A stretch of 64,000 nt of DNA from Octopus sinensis. Taxonomy: Eukaryota. This document shows positions 37,886 through 50,411 of this stretch, piece by piece. The notes beneath the pieces were generated by a model. It ran no database searches. It was not told where the DNA came from and saw only the letters and a list, made by a program, of their open reading frames with translations. The stretch covers positions 72,912,001 through 72,976,000 of the forward strand of contig NC_043000.1 of assembly GCF_006345805.1 (NCBI RefSeq), written 5' to 3'. Both the position numbers and the translations under genes were made by a program. Within the stretch, counting starts at the first letter, position 1, and each line of letters begins with the position of its first letter.

Positions 37886-40800
37886 TTTGGTTAATTGTTC
37901 CTTATGGTGCTCAAGTTAAAACTAACATTATCAAAGAGATTTTAGATATTATTCATGATAATCGTAAATATAAAAAAATTTTCTCTAGTAATAACTTTGG
38001 AGTAGGTTATTCTACCACTAATAGTGTAGGTAACATTATTTCTTCTTTTAACAAATAAATTTTATAAATCATACCAATAATAATAAAGATAAGACACTCA
38101 TTAATTGTACATGTAGAGATAAAACTAAGTGTAAATTTAATAATAAATGTGATTTAAACGATGTTGTTTATAAATGTATAGTTACAATAATTAATGAGAA
38201 TAATAGGAATAGTAATAACTTAAACGCCATTTATATAGGGTCCACTTCCTCTAAAATAAAGTTAAGAATCGCACAGCATATGCATTCATTTAAAAATAAA
38301 AACCTAATTAACTCTACAGGGCTTAGCAAATACATTTGGGGGCTTAAAACCCAAAGTATTAAGTATGATTTAAGGTGGGAAATAATAAGTAAGGCCAAAT
38401 CATATAGTATAGGAGGCAATTATTGTTATTTATGTTCTAATGAGTTTAAAGAAATTTTATTTTATGATCATAATTTAGTGAATACTTTGGATGAGGGTAA
38501 AATTAAATGCAGACACAGGTTACTTTACTTATATAATAAATTTCTAGATAAATAATGACTATATCTAAACCCTATTTTGTTGATTTATGTACTAGTATTA
38601 AACTAAAATTTAGTATGTGATTTATAATAGATATTACATGATTTTATATGTTAAATTTAATATTATTAAATAAATAATTTATATTTTAATAAATTTATAA
38701 ATATATAACTTAATGATAGTAGTGTAGTGTTTCCAATTCTTTATGAGGTTTGGTATTGGTCAATAAGAGTTATTAAAGGCTCTTTATTTACTTAAAGTTA
38801 GATTATATTTAGATGTTCATTTTATTACTAAATATTTATGCGTTTAATGAATATAGATTATATGAAGGTTTATAATTTTGAATGTATAGGATAATAATTT
38901 TTTCTTTAATATTTTTTAAAATGATAATTTGTATTTTTTTATTCAATTATAGAACAGTGTATTTGATCTATAGATAAATTAATTTACCTATATAATTAGT
39001 TTAATATATTATTGGTTAGCTTTTATTTTGAGAATTAATATTATTATATATAATATAAATATATATTTATCTTATACTTGAGTTAAGTTTATGGTTTGTT
39101 TTAAATTTGTTAAATAAATCTATTTGTATGTATTTTCTATATATTTGAAGTAGATTTATTTAGATGTTTATTTAATGAATATTATTTAGTGAATTTTATT
39201 AGAATATAGTTTTTATATTAATTAGTGGTCATATTATAGATAATGCTTGAATTAATACTGAATTAATTTTGAATGTGTCTAATAGTTATTTTTAAATTTT
39301 TTATTTATATTAATTTGACTACTACGTAATTTTTTTATATAAATTAATTAAATCTTATAAGATTTTTAGAATATACACAGTAATTGGTAGTTATATTAAT
39401 TATTTAATTTATTGAGTATAATTTATTGTAGTTATTTTTAATGATAAATCTTATAGTATTTAGTGGTTTTATTCTATAATTGTGATTTCGTTTTATTTAC
39501 ATTTATTGATAAACTATAGCTGTTTCCATTGACAATAATTTTTATTGATAAAATATATTTGTAGTTTTTCATTGTTAAAAAAATTCTTCATCTATTTATT
39601 CTATTTCTGTTAATAACGTAATTCCACGAGTATTCTTATAAACGCTTAAAAGACGTTTTCCGTTTTAAATTTTAGTTCATGACACAGCCCTGGTAAAGCT
39701 AAGTAATCTATTTCTATTTAAGATTTAAAAATTTTTTAATATTTCAATAAGTTTTATTGTATTATTTTGTATATTATATAAATACTCATTGTTATTTGAT
39801 GTTGAATATATGTATATAATTATTAGATTATAAATATACGTTATTTGTAAGATATTACTTAGCCATTGAGATATATAGATCGTTAATAATTCTACGTTTT
39901 TTTTTAAAGTTAGGTTACGGGTTTATAATTTGATTTTAATCTTTAATTATTTTATATTAATATTTAATACTTATGTAAGTAGTATTGGATTAATTAATTT
40001 ATTTATTTTTCTTTATATGTCTATACATTTATTGATAGCATAAATTTTAGATTTTAATCACTATATTTGTTGATAATAATTTGGTTATTATTTCTTAAAT
40101 ATTTTATAATTATTAGATGTGTACTTAAATCTTAAATATGAATAATGATTATTTAGTTAAATAATTTGTTAATTAAAATTTTGGACTATAACTGAGTTAA
40201 GGATATTCGTGAGTTTATTATGTTTTTTTTTAAGCCATATTATATATTCATAGATATCTATAATAGTGACTTTGTTCTATTATAGCTTAAATATAGCGAT
40301 TTCCATTGATAATTTGTATTAGTATTTTTCATTGATAAAATATATTCGTAGTTTTCGTTGTTAAAAGAATTTTCCATTTGTTTATTATTAGTTTAGTTAA
40401 TGACATGATTTTTGAAACCTAAGTAAACCTTCTTATTAAAGTTATTTTAGTTATTTTAATAATTTATGTTATTTTGTATTATATTGGATACTATATAACT
40501 AAGGATTGATAATTTAATTGTATAAGTATTTAGTTGTTGAAGATATGTATTTCATTATTAGATTATAACTATATGGTTTTTGTAAGTTACTAATTGGCCA
40601 ATGAGATATATTGATCGTTAAATAGTTATACGTTTTTTTAAAGATAGGTTATACATTTATAATCTGCTTTTTCATCTTTAATTTTTTAATATATTTCGTA
40701 AATAATAATGGAATAATTAATTTATTTAGTTTTCATTATACGTATATATATTTATTGATAGAGTAAACTTTAGATCTTAATTATTATATTTATTGATAAT

Positions 40801-41129
40801 AATTTAGTTATTAGTCTTAAATATTTTATAATTATTAGATTTGAACTTAAATTTAAAAATATGAATAGTAATCATCTTTTTGTTAAATCATTTGGTAATT
40901 AGATATTGACTATAACTGAGATTAGGTTATTTGTGAGTTTATTAGGTTTTTACAGCCATTTTATATCTTAATAGATAAATACATTTTCTATCTATTTTTA
41001 CCTTAAAAATTAATATTTAACATTATAATTGGATTGTATGGCATTATCCTAATCGTTAAAGTTTCTAATTTGATAATAGAGTTTTTTATAAGAAAAATTA
41101 TTATTTTATTTCTTAAAAAAACTCTTCCG

Positions 41130-42420
41130 CCTTCCATTTCCTCCCTATTCATACCTTTGGAGGATTTTCCCGGATGCTCTGATCTTTTGAATACCTTAGC
41201 ATCATTACTGTCCTTGCCTTTCCTGCCTTATATTCTTCAGTGATTGATGTTATTGGTAGTTGCAGCATGGATTTTTCCATATAGTGCAGTTGTATTCAGT
41301 GGTTTCGGCAGACCAAGCCATTTTCTGATAAACACACTGCATCTTTGTTCCATCCTTTCTACTCTACTCAAGGCTATTTCGTACATTTGCAATGGCCACA
41401 TTATCCTTGGGTACAGCCCGAATTGCAGTATCCAACATTTGAATTTTCCCGGTAGTGTTGTTCTGTCAATTGCCTTTAATCCTTGTTCTACTAACTCATG
41501 TGTTTCTTTCCCTTGCTTCTTATCATTTAATGAATCTCTGTACCATCTGCCGAGACTCTTTACTGGTTGTTCTTTCACCGTTGGTATGTCTTCACCTCCT
41601 AGCTTGAATTTCACTTCTTCTTGTACTCCTTTCACAAAAGCCATGCTTCAAGATTTTTGGGCTTTGAATTTCATTCTTGTTCATCCTATCAGTTTGTCCA
41701 ACCGCTCTAACGTTCCCTCTGCTGCTTCTCTACTTTCCGATAATACAGTAACCTTGTCCATAAAAGCCCTTAATGGTGTCTTTGTAACAGCTTTCTCACA
41801 GTTTGTAGATCTAAGTAACATTTCCATGACCTGCACGAATAAGATGACTGATATCGTGCATCCAGCTGCAATATCTATTTCAAGTTGTTGCTACTCAGTT
41901 GTGAACTTTCCTGCTGTAAATCTCATCTTCAGGTTGTCGTAGTAGAACATGAGCATTTGTTGAACATCTTTTGGAATCCAAAAGTAGTCCATCGCTGTTT
42001 TTATTAGTGTGTGCAGAACAGATCCATAAGCATTGGCGAGATCTAGCCAAACAATGTACAGGTTTTTCTTCAGTTGTTTTGCACAGGTGATGGCTTCCCA
42101 GATGGCAAATGCATGTTCTATGCACCCAGGGATTCTGGGGATTCCTGCTTTTTGGATTGCTTCATTAAGTAATAAAGAACAATAAGAAAAGTAAGATAAA
42201 TAAGGAGAATAAAACATTACAACAATGTAAAACATTAGGAGTGTCAGTACCCAGGTATACTTACTTACATACCCACATTTACGGTCCTTTGTATACACAC
42301 ACTTGCTCATATGGGCAGTTAAGTTGATGTCATTAAACTGTCCAGTCATTCTTGTATCTTGCTGTGAGGCAAGGCACCATAGGCTCTGGCTGACTGAGTG
42401 AGGGGCCTCTGTTGGTTGTA
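41130..42420 (-). pseudogene. HERO/NeSL-like non-LTR RT fragment
   Basis: GQFNDINL, PGCIEH, WLDLANAYGSV, KSLGRWY, LPGKFKCW..QFGLYPRIMWPL, IRKWLGLP. Confidence 0.85.
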
Positions 42421-42451
42421 AATCTCTTAGTGGCTATTTAATACATATGTA

Positions 42452-44010
42452 TAAACTGTGTATCACACTTCATTGCAAGTCAAATTTTTGTTGATATTTT
42501 GAATATTAAACTTTGTACAAATGTGAAACTTGATTAATTGAAAGATCCCAAGTAGGTTCTATGTAGTGAACATTTCAATCATATTGATAAGCTACATACA
42601 AAGTTGAGTCATGTATTTTGAGGTGCTTTCAACTGTGTCACGCTTTATTGCAGGTGTACAAAAACATCAATTTAAGGTAATGAAACAAAGTATTATCATT
42701 ATATTACTATTTTACAGTAATACTGAAACATGCTACCGAAGAATGGCAGAAAAAGATATGAAACAAACACAATTAAATTGTTGATGTTGTACTTTATTTG
42801 TCTACGTAACTTCCTTGTTTAGAAATGACATCAAACAGTCATTTGTCCACAGAAGCCGTTAGCCAACTAATATCTTCTCAGAGATATTATGGTACCAGCA
42901 ACTGTTTTGATCTTTTCCTACAGGCATCCTTCAATAAAAACTAGATACCTTCTTCATACTCTTTCTGCTTCAAGATCGACCAGAGCTGGCCAATAGGATT
43001 TAGGTTAGGAGAACAGGGAGGCCAAGTTATAAGTGATTGGCCTGTGATTGCCAAAGCTACGAGATGCAAAATTGTAGCCTTCGCTGAATGCAAAGGAGCA
43101 TTGTCATACATAAAAATCAATCATCATCAACATGAGAATGGCAGATCATCTAACCATGCTGTAAAATGCTCCTCCAGAAATGCAGTGTAGGAGTTGCTGG
43201 TGAGTTTGATACTCGGAAAGGCCTGACAAGTTCATTTCCTATGATTCTACCCAAACATGACACCACCACCTCCTTGTTGACATCAAATGTAATGCGGGCG
43301 AGTGGCTGCAAGAGGCACCCAAACTATGGCCCATCTGTCGGGTCCATCCAAAGTAGCTCTGGCCTTATCCATGAAGAGGACATCTTGGAAATTAATCTTC
43401 ATGTACTTCTGTGTTTAATCAATGTTTCTCATTGTGGTTTTTGTTTAGGATGGGTCTAGTGACACACTTAACACTTCTGGCCGTCTCTTTAAGGATCCTA
43501 CAATGGGTGCTTCTGGACAAAGGAGCAACCCCAGCACTTTCAAATATGGCGGCACTTGTGCTACCGAGGTCTTTTCTTACTTGTATACCAATATTTTGGA
43601 TGTCACGCTGGGATACACTTCTTCTTGGACTTTTATCTTTCCTTGGTTTGGTGATGAAGTTTTCCATATACGCCTTCAGTGTTCTTGTATCCCAACCAAG
43701 CTCTTGGACTAATTCTCTCATAGATAAGCCTTCTGCAAGGCCTGCAACAGTCTGCATCTTCTCTGTAGCTGTCAGACGTCATTTCAGGGACATTTTTGTA
43801 CACCTGCAATAAAGCATGACACAGTTGAAAGCACTTCAAAATACATAACTCAACATAACTTTGTATGTAGCTTATCAATATGATTGAAATGTTCACTGAG
43901 TACATACCTACCTAGGATTTTTCAGTGAACCAAGTTTCACATTTGTACAATCTTTAATATTCAAATATCAATGAAGATTTGACCTGCAATAAAGCGTGAT
44001 ACACAGTTTA
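42452..44010 (-). mobile_element. Tc1-like TRT (DD37E) transposon with ~215-bp IR/DR-type TIRs and TA flanks
   Basis: TIRs 42452-42668 / 43793-44010. RSTHCRIL, TLDGPD.W, GGGVMFW, D-NAP-x..WPPCSPNLNPI(G) with 37 residues between D and the E position. Confidence 0.85.
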
Positions 44011-44109
44011 TAACATAGGCCTATAAATATACATACATACTTATATACACGCATGTATGAATACACACATGCATGAATACACACATGCATGCACATACAC
44101 ACACACATA

Positions 44110-44335
44110 CATTCCTTTCTTTTATTTGTTTCAGTCAACTTCACTGTGGCCATGCTGGAGCGCCACTTTTAGTTGAACAAATCAACTACAGGTCTTATTC
44201 TTTGTAAATCTGGTACTTATTCTATCGGTCTCTTTTGCAGAGCCACTAAGTTATGGGGATGTAAACACACCAACATTGGCTGTCAACCATTGGTACAGGG
44301 ACAAACACAGACACATAAATACATGTATATATGTA
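44110..44335 (-). mobile_element. SINE 3' half (main family)
   Basis: Matches 60815-61020. Confidence 0.8.
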
Positions 44336-44351
44336 TTGATATATATATATA

Positions 44352-45030
44352 TACTAGCAGTATCGCCCGGCGTTGCTCGGGTTTGTAAGGGAAATAACTA
44401 TATAAGCATTTTTAGAGAGTTATAGCAAAAAAATTAGCAAAAAAATGCATTAAAAATGAAATAAAAAATGATGGTAATTTTTTTTTTTAATCGTTGACTC
44501 ATCGTAGACATTTTTAGAGAGTTACTTCCCTTATATAATAGCGAAAAAGTGCATTAAAATGGAAAAAATGATGGTAAATTGTTTTTAAAATCGTAGACTC
44601 ATCGTAAACGCTTTCTTAGCCATTTCTGTTTTGGTGTCTTCAAGCCATGAAGTCATTGTTCTAAAAGAACGCTGGTCTCCTTGACAACGCTTTACGGCGT
44701 TGATTTCCTTACACTCCCTTCCCCACAGCTTCACGAGGGAGGAAAGAAGGGGGAGAAGCAACACAGGTGCAGGTGTGACCATGGACGCCAACTCTGCCGC
44801 CATTGACAAACGAAAAAATATGCGTTAAAATGGGAAAAAATGATGTTAAATTATTTTTAAAATCGTAGACTCATCGTAGACGCGCGCTAATACCCAGACG
44901 GGCTCGATATGAATCACGACTATAAGATACCCGAATTTGGTTAAACTGCACTGCAAAATGTGGGAGTAGTTAGGAATCTAAATCGTAGGAGACAGACACT
45001 CACACAACTACAGTTTTATATATATAGATA
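44352..45030 (+). mobile_element. Non-autonomous Helitron/Helentron-like (DINE/HINE-type) element with internal tandem repeats
   Basis: Starts tactagcagtatcgcccggcgttgctcggg, ends cagttttatatatatagat; three copies of an aaaatgatggtaaatt...tcgtagactcatcgtag unit. Confidence 0.6.
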
Positions 45031-45078
45031 TATATATATATGTGTGTGTGTGTGTGTATGTATGTATGTGTATGTATG

Positions 45079-45111
<33 letters not shown>

Positions 45112-46216
45112 ATATTGTTACAAGGGGACCTTCGAAAACTGTACGGAATCCCTCAGACAGGCCCGTTTGATGCAGCGAATAAGCTACGGAAACTCGTCGG
45201 AGAGAGGAGAGAGAGGACACAACCGCAGCAAGGCAACAGAGAGATACAGAGAGGCACCCGAGAGAGAACACAAAACGGCAACAACTACTGGCTTACATTT
45301 AACACTAGTTTATGACAATCAATTGTTACAACATCAAGATACATCAAAGCATTTAAAGGAAACAACAAATCAATACATCATACAACAGATCAAAGCATTT
45401 AAACATGCAAGTAACAATATAACAGTCCGGTGACGACACAACAAGGTCAATATATCAGCATTTCAAAGGTACACATCCGAAGACACAGTTCTTTTCCAAA
45501 TCACTTCAACAGATAACGTTCACAGTTCTTTAAAGTCTTTTTCTACACATATCAACACAATTCTGAACATAAATACCACAACTCGATAATCGACACATCA
45601 ACAAGTCCTTTACTGTTCTTTTCACTATTCAATGCACCAACTCTTTTTCCTTCTTTTTCTTCACATATCAACACACAATTCACGTACCTTAATTCCTAAT
45701 TAGAATTGCCAGTGTCCCATATTGCACCCCATCTCTCTCTCAATACTGCTAACTCCAGCCTGCCAAGCTCCTGAATCCCACCGCTTGCTCCTAAGATTCC
45801 AACTCCTTGTCCTGACTTCCAAGATCCGTCTGTGCTCTTTGACGACCGAATACCAACTACCCAAAACCTCACTTGCTCTCTCCCTTCCCACTGCCCTCAT
45901 CTCCATCTGTCTCTACTGCTTATACCCTCTCTATCTGCCCTGGTCCCTAACTGCCTGTCCTCCTCTGCCCCTCATCCTCTCTCACTGCCAATATCCTCTC
46001 CATCTGCTCTTAGATTCCTTACTCTATCTTTTTCTCACTACTGCTAGATTCTTCCTCACATCTCTCTGACCCCTAATCGACCGCACAAGGCCAAAAGGTC
46101 CCTCCAAAACCCCATTAATCTCCCAGTAAACAAAGGACTGTTACTTTTTACTCCAGTCCTGCCAGCACCATCATTCCAAAGTGGGTCAAGAAATACTGCA
46201 CTAGCCAAACCCATAA

Positions 46217-46259
<43 letters not shown>

Positions 46260-46269
46260 TACATACACA

Positions 46270-46450
46270 CAATGGGCTTGTTTCAATTTCCATCAACCAG
46301 ATCCACTCACAAGGCTTTGGTCAGCCCAAGGCTATAGTAGAAGACACTTGCCCAAGGTGCCTTGCAGTGGGACTGAACCCGGAACCATGTGGTTGGGAAG
46401 CAAGCTTCTTACCACACAGCCACACCTGTACATTATACATATAGACACAC
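46270..46450 (-). mobile_element. SINE 5' half (main family)
   Basis: Reverse complement gtggctgtgtggtaagaagcttgcttccc...ccttgggcaagtgtcttc. Confidence 0.85.
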
Positions 46451-46719
46451 ATACACACACACACACACACATGTTCATCCGCTCACACATATATATCTGT
46501 GTTCACACACCCACACACATATATATATACCACAACATATCCTTATATATATATACATACATATTCACCTACTCCCACTATATATGTATCCTTTTGCCCT
46601 TGTGCTTATGCCTCAACAGACATTTGTGTACATAGAAAGGCACACATACACATGTAAAGTCACCTAAGTACATCTATTTACAGATGTATGCATGCATATA
46701 CATACATATACATGTTTGT

Positions 46720-46932
46720 TTCAAATACAGGTACAACAGAAACAGGAAGTAAGAGTGAGAGAAAGTTGTGGTGAAAGAGTACAGCAGGGATCACCACCAT
46801 CCCCTGGCGGAGCCTCGTGGAGCTTTAGGTGTTTTCGCTCAATAAACACTCACAACGCCCAGTCTGGGAATCAAAACCGCGATCCTATGACCGCGAGTCC
46901 GATGCCCTAACCACTGGGCCATTGCGCCTCCA
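46720..46932 (-). mobile_element. tRNA-derived SINE (third family)
   Basis: Reverse complement ggaggcgcaatggcccagtggttagggc (A box)...ggttttgattccc (B box). Confidence 0.8.
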
Positions 46933-47132
46933 CTTATAATTATTAGATGTGTACTTAAATCTAAAATATGAATAATGATTATTTAGTTAAATAATTTGGT
47001 AATTTAATTTTGGACTATAACTGGATTAAGGATATTCATGAGTTTATTATGTTTTTTTAAGCCATATTATATATTCATAGATATAGTGACTTTGTTCTAT
47101 TATAGCTTAAATATAGCCATTTTCCATTGATA

Positions 47133-47385
47133 ATCATCATCATCATCATCATCATCATCATTTAGCATCCGCTGTCCATGCTAGCATGGGTTGGACGGTT
47201 CAACTGGGGTCTGAGAAGCCAGAAGGCTGCATCAGGCCCAGTCTGATCTGGCAGTGTTTCTATGGCTGGATGCCCTTCCTAACGCCAACCACTCCGTGAG
47301 TGTAGTAGGTGCTTTTTACGTGCCACCCGCACAAGTGCCATCGGAGCTGGCAAACAGTCACGAACGGATGGTGCTTTTTGTTTAT
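47133..47385 (-). mobile_element. RTE 3' tail insertion
   Basis: (CAT)n followed by the reverse-complemented RTE 3'UTR. Confidence 0.9.
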
Positions 47386-48047
47386 TTAGTTAATGACACG
47401 ATAATTGAAAGCTAAGCAAACCTTTTTATTAAAGTTATTTTAATAATTTATGTTATATTGTATTATATTTGATACTATATAACTACTGATTGTTAATTTG
47501 ATTGTATAATTATTTAGTTGTTGAAGATATGTATTTCATTATTAGATTATAACTGTATGTGATTTGTAAGTTATTACTTAGCCAACGAGATATATAGAAC
47601 ATTAAATAGTTATATGGTTCTTTTAAGATAGGTTATACGTTTATAATTTGCTTCTTCATCTTTAATTTTTTAATATATTTCATAAATATATTACATTAAT
47701 ATTTAATATTTGCATAAGTAATAATGGACTAATTAATTTATTTAGTTTTCATTTTATGTCTATATATTTATTGATAGAGTAAATTTTAGATCTTAATTAT
47801 TATATTTATTGATAATAATTTAGTCATTATTCTTAAATATTTTATAATTATTAGATTTGAACTTAAATTTAAAAATATGAATAGTGATTATTTTGTTAAA
47901 TAATTTGGTAATTAGATATTGACTATAACTGAGTTTAGGATATTCATGAGTTTATTATGTTTTTTAAAGCCATATTATATCTTAATAGATAAATACATTT
48001 TTCTATCTATTTCTTAAAAAATGAATATTTAACATAATAATTGGGTT

Positions 48048-49651
48048 TTCAGAGCATTAACCTCTGAAAATCTGCAGAAAACAACTTCCGTCACTTTCCA
48101 GGGGGAAAAACTAGAAGTAGTTGATAGCTTCCGTTATCTTGGTGACCAAGTCAGTAGTGGGGGTGGGTGTGCTGAAAGTGTAACGGCTAGAGTAAGAATA
48201 GCCTGGGCAAAGTTTAGGGAGCTCTTACCTCTGTTGGTGACTAAAGGCCTCTTGCTCAGAGTAAAAGGCAGACTGTATGATGCATGTGTACGAACAGCCA
48301 TGCTACATGGCAGTGAAACATGGGCCGTGACTGCTGAGGACATGCGTAAGCTCACGAGAAATGAAGCTAGTATGCTCCGTTGGATGTGTAATGTCAGTGT
48401 TCATAGTCGACAGAGTGTAAGTACCTTGAGAGAAAAGTTGGACCTAAGAGGCATCAGATGTTTTGTGCAAGAGAGACGATTGCGCTGGTATGGTCATGTG
48501 GCGAGAATGGATGAAGATAGGTGTGTGAAAAAGTGCCACACCCTGGCAGTTGAGGGGACCTGTGGAAGAGGTAGACCCAGGAAAACCTGGGTCGAGGTGG
48601 TGAAGCACGACCTTCGAACTCTAGGTCTCACCAAGGAAATGACCAGAGACCGAGACCTATGGAAGTATGCTATGCGTCAGAAGACCCGGCAAGACCAGTG
48701 AGAACAATCAAAATCAAATCATATATCAGAAAGCAGGGGTTAAGTGACCCATCCGTTCGTGTCCGCTGTCAGCCTCGTCTGGCACCCGTGCCGGTGATAC
48801 GTAAAAGCACCATTCGCTCGTGGCCGTTTGCCAGCTCTGCCTGGCCCCCGTGTCGGTTGCACGTAAAAGCACCATCCGTTCGTGTTCGTTGCCAGCCTCG
48901 CCTGGCCCCGTGCCGGTGACATGTAAAAGCACCGTCCGTTCGTGGCCGTTTGCCAGCTCTGTTTGGCCCCGTGTCGGTGGCACGTAAAAGCACCATCCGT
49001 TCATGCCCGTTGCCAGCCTCGGATGGCCCCCGTGCCGGTGACACGTAAAAGCACCGTCCGTTCGTGGCCGTTTGCCAGCTCTGTCTGGCAACCGTGTCGG
49101 TGGCACGTAAAAGCACCATCCGTTCGCGTCCGTTGCCAGCCTCGGCTGGCCCCCGTGCCGGTGACACGTAAAAGCACCGTCCGTTCGTGGCCGTTTGCCA
49201 GCTCTGTCTGGCCCCGTGTCGGTGGCACGTAAAAGCACCATCCGTTCGTGTTCGTTGTCAGCCTCGGCTGGCCCCCGTGCTGGCGACACATAAAAGCACC
49301 GTCCGTTCGTGGCCGTTTGCCAGCTCTGTCTGGCCCCGTGTCGGTGGCACGTAAAAGCACCATCCATTCGTGTCCGTTGCCAGCATCGCCTGGCCCCGTG
49401 CCGGTGACACGTAAAAGCACCATCCGTTCATGGCCGTTCACCAGCTCTGTGTGGCACCTGTGCAGGTGGCACGTAAAAAACACCCACTACACTCGCGGAG
49501 TGGTTGGCGTTAGGAAGGGCATCCAGCCGTAGAAACACTGCCAGATCTGACTGGGCCTGACGAAGCCTTCCAGCTTCACAGACTCCAGTTGACCCGTCCA
49601 ACCCATGCTAGCATGGAAAGCGGACGCTAAATGATGATGATGATGATGATG
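48048..49651 (+). mobile_element. RTE LINE 3' part with 9-bp TSD AATTGGGTT and expanded 3'UTR array
   Basis: TSD at 48039-48047 and 49652-49660; RT C-terminal ORF 48234-48701; (GAT)n tail. Confidence 0.95.
48749..49475 (+). repeat. ~61-bp minisatellite, 12 units in strict B-A alternation (~122-bp higher-order repeat)
   Basis: Units delimited by aaaagcacc. A type: gtggccgtttgccagctctg. B type: gtccgttgccagcctcg. Confidence 0.92.
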
Positions 49652-50274
49652 AATTGGGTTGTATGACATTATCCTAATGGTTTAAGTTTCTAATTTGATA
49701 ATAGAGTTTTTTATAAGAAAAAAAATTTTTTTTTTTATTTATTTATTAAAATATATAGTTTAAATCTATTTGCTTATTTATTTAACTATTATCATTAACC
49801 TGAAGATTGACTATAATTATAATTCGAATTTTTAATTGAATTTAAATTAATTGTAATTCAAATTGAATTATGGCCATGAAACGTATGTACTGGTTTTACT
49901 TATTATATTATATCAAACTTTTTAATACTTTTTGATAGTTTAAAAAAAATCAATAAATTAATTAATTAAAAAATTAAAAATTTATAAATTTTAAATTTTA
50001 AAATATGAAAATATAAAAATTTATAACTATAAATATAAATTTTCAATTCAAATAATTTAAATTTTATATTTTATTTATTTTGTATATTATATTAATTATA
50101 TTTATTTTTATGTTTTGGTTTATGTCTGTCACTGTTTGATTTGCCTAATAGTGGTTTTATCTCTAAATAAATTTATATTCATACTGTGAAATTTGATTTA
50201 ATCCTAAATCTAATTTTTCCCTGTAAATTTGGATATACTCCCTAATATTATTATATATATATATATCTTGTATG

Positions 50275-50411
50275 TTCTACTTGTGTCAGTCATTTGTTTG
50301 TGGCCATGCTGGGGCACTGCCTTGTACAATTCTATTGGTATCTTTTGCCAAAACACTAACTTATGGGAACGTAAACATGGCAACACTGGTTGTCAAGCAG
50401 TGGTGGAGGAC
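50275..50411 (-). mobile_element. SINE (main family), 3' portion, split by CR1 insertion; continues at 55861-56045
   Basis: ...gtggtggaggacaa | CR1 | aaacgcagacacaaag... reconstitutes the family consensus. Confidence 0.75.

Larger units (their letters stand above)
35165..41120 (+). mobile_element. Penelope-like element, ~5.5-kb unit with direct terminal overlap (35165-35545 = 40730-41120), degenerate RT + GIY-YIG
   Basis: ORF pieces 36159-38555: SDKTRNLYK, PRITLKDHKDNF..PKVRLICP, DIDNYY, YRND (YRDD-like), IWLIVPY, YIGS, STGLSKYIW, CYLCSNE. Confidence 0.9.
46935..50250 (+). mobile_element. Second copy of the AT-rich PLE 3' region/terminal repeat, interrupted by two RTE insertions
   Basis: Aligns to 40110-41120 and then 35440-36065, ending at the same ccctaata(tta) point. 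Confidence 0.85.

Noticed and set aside
42269-42361. Minus-strand exon candidate with gtatgt/gtaagt donors
   Set aside because: GQFNDINL matches the N-terminal RT motif of the adjacent HERO-like fragment.
45115-46210. Possible solo LTR (starts TGTTACA) and C-rich repeat-like segment
   Set aside because: No matching second terminus, TSD or coding homology recognisable; left unclassified.
48749-49475. CRISPR-like array
   Set aside because: No unique spacers: whole units repeat in A/B alternation, and the array is the 3'UTR of an RTE LINE in a eukaryotic context.
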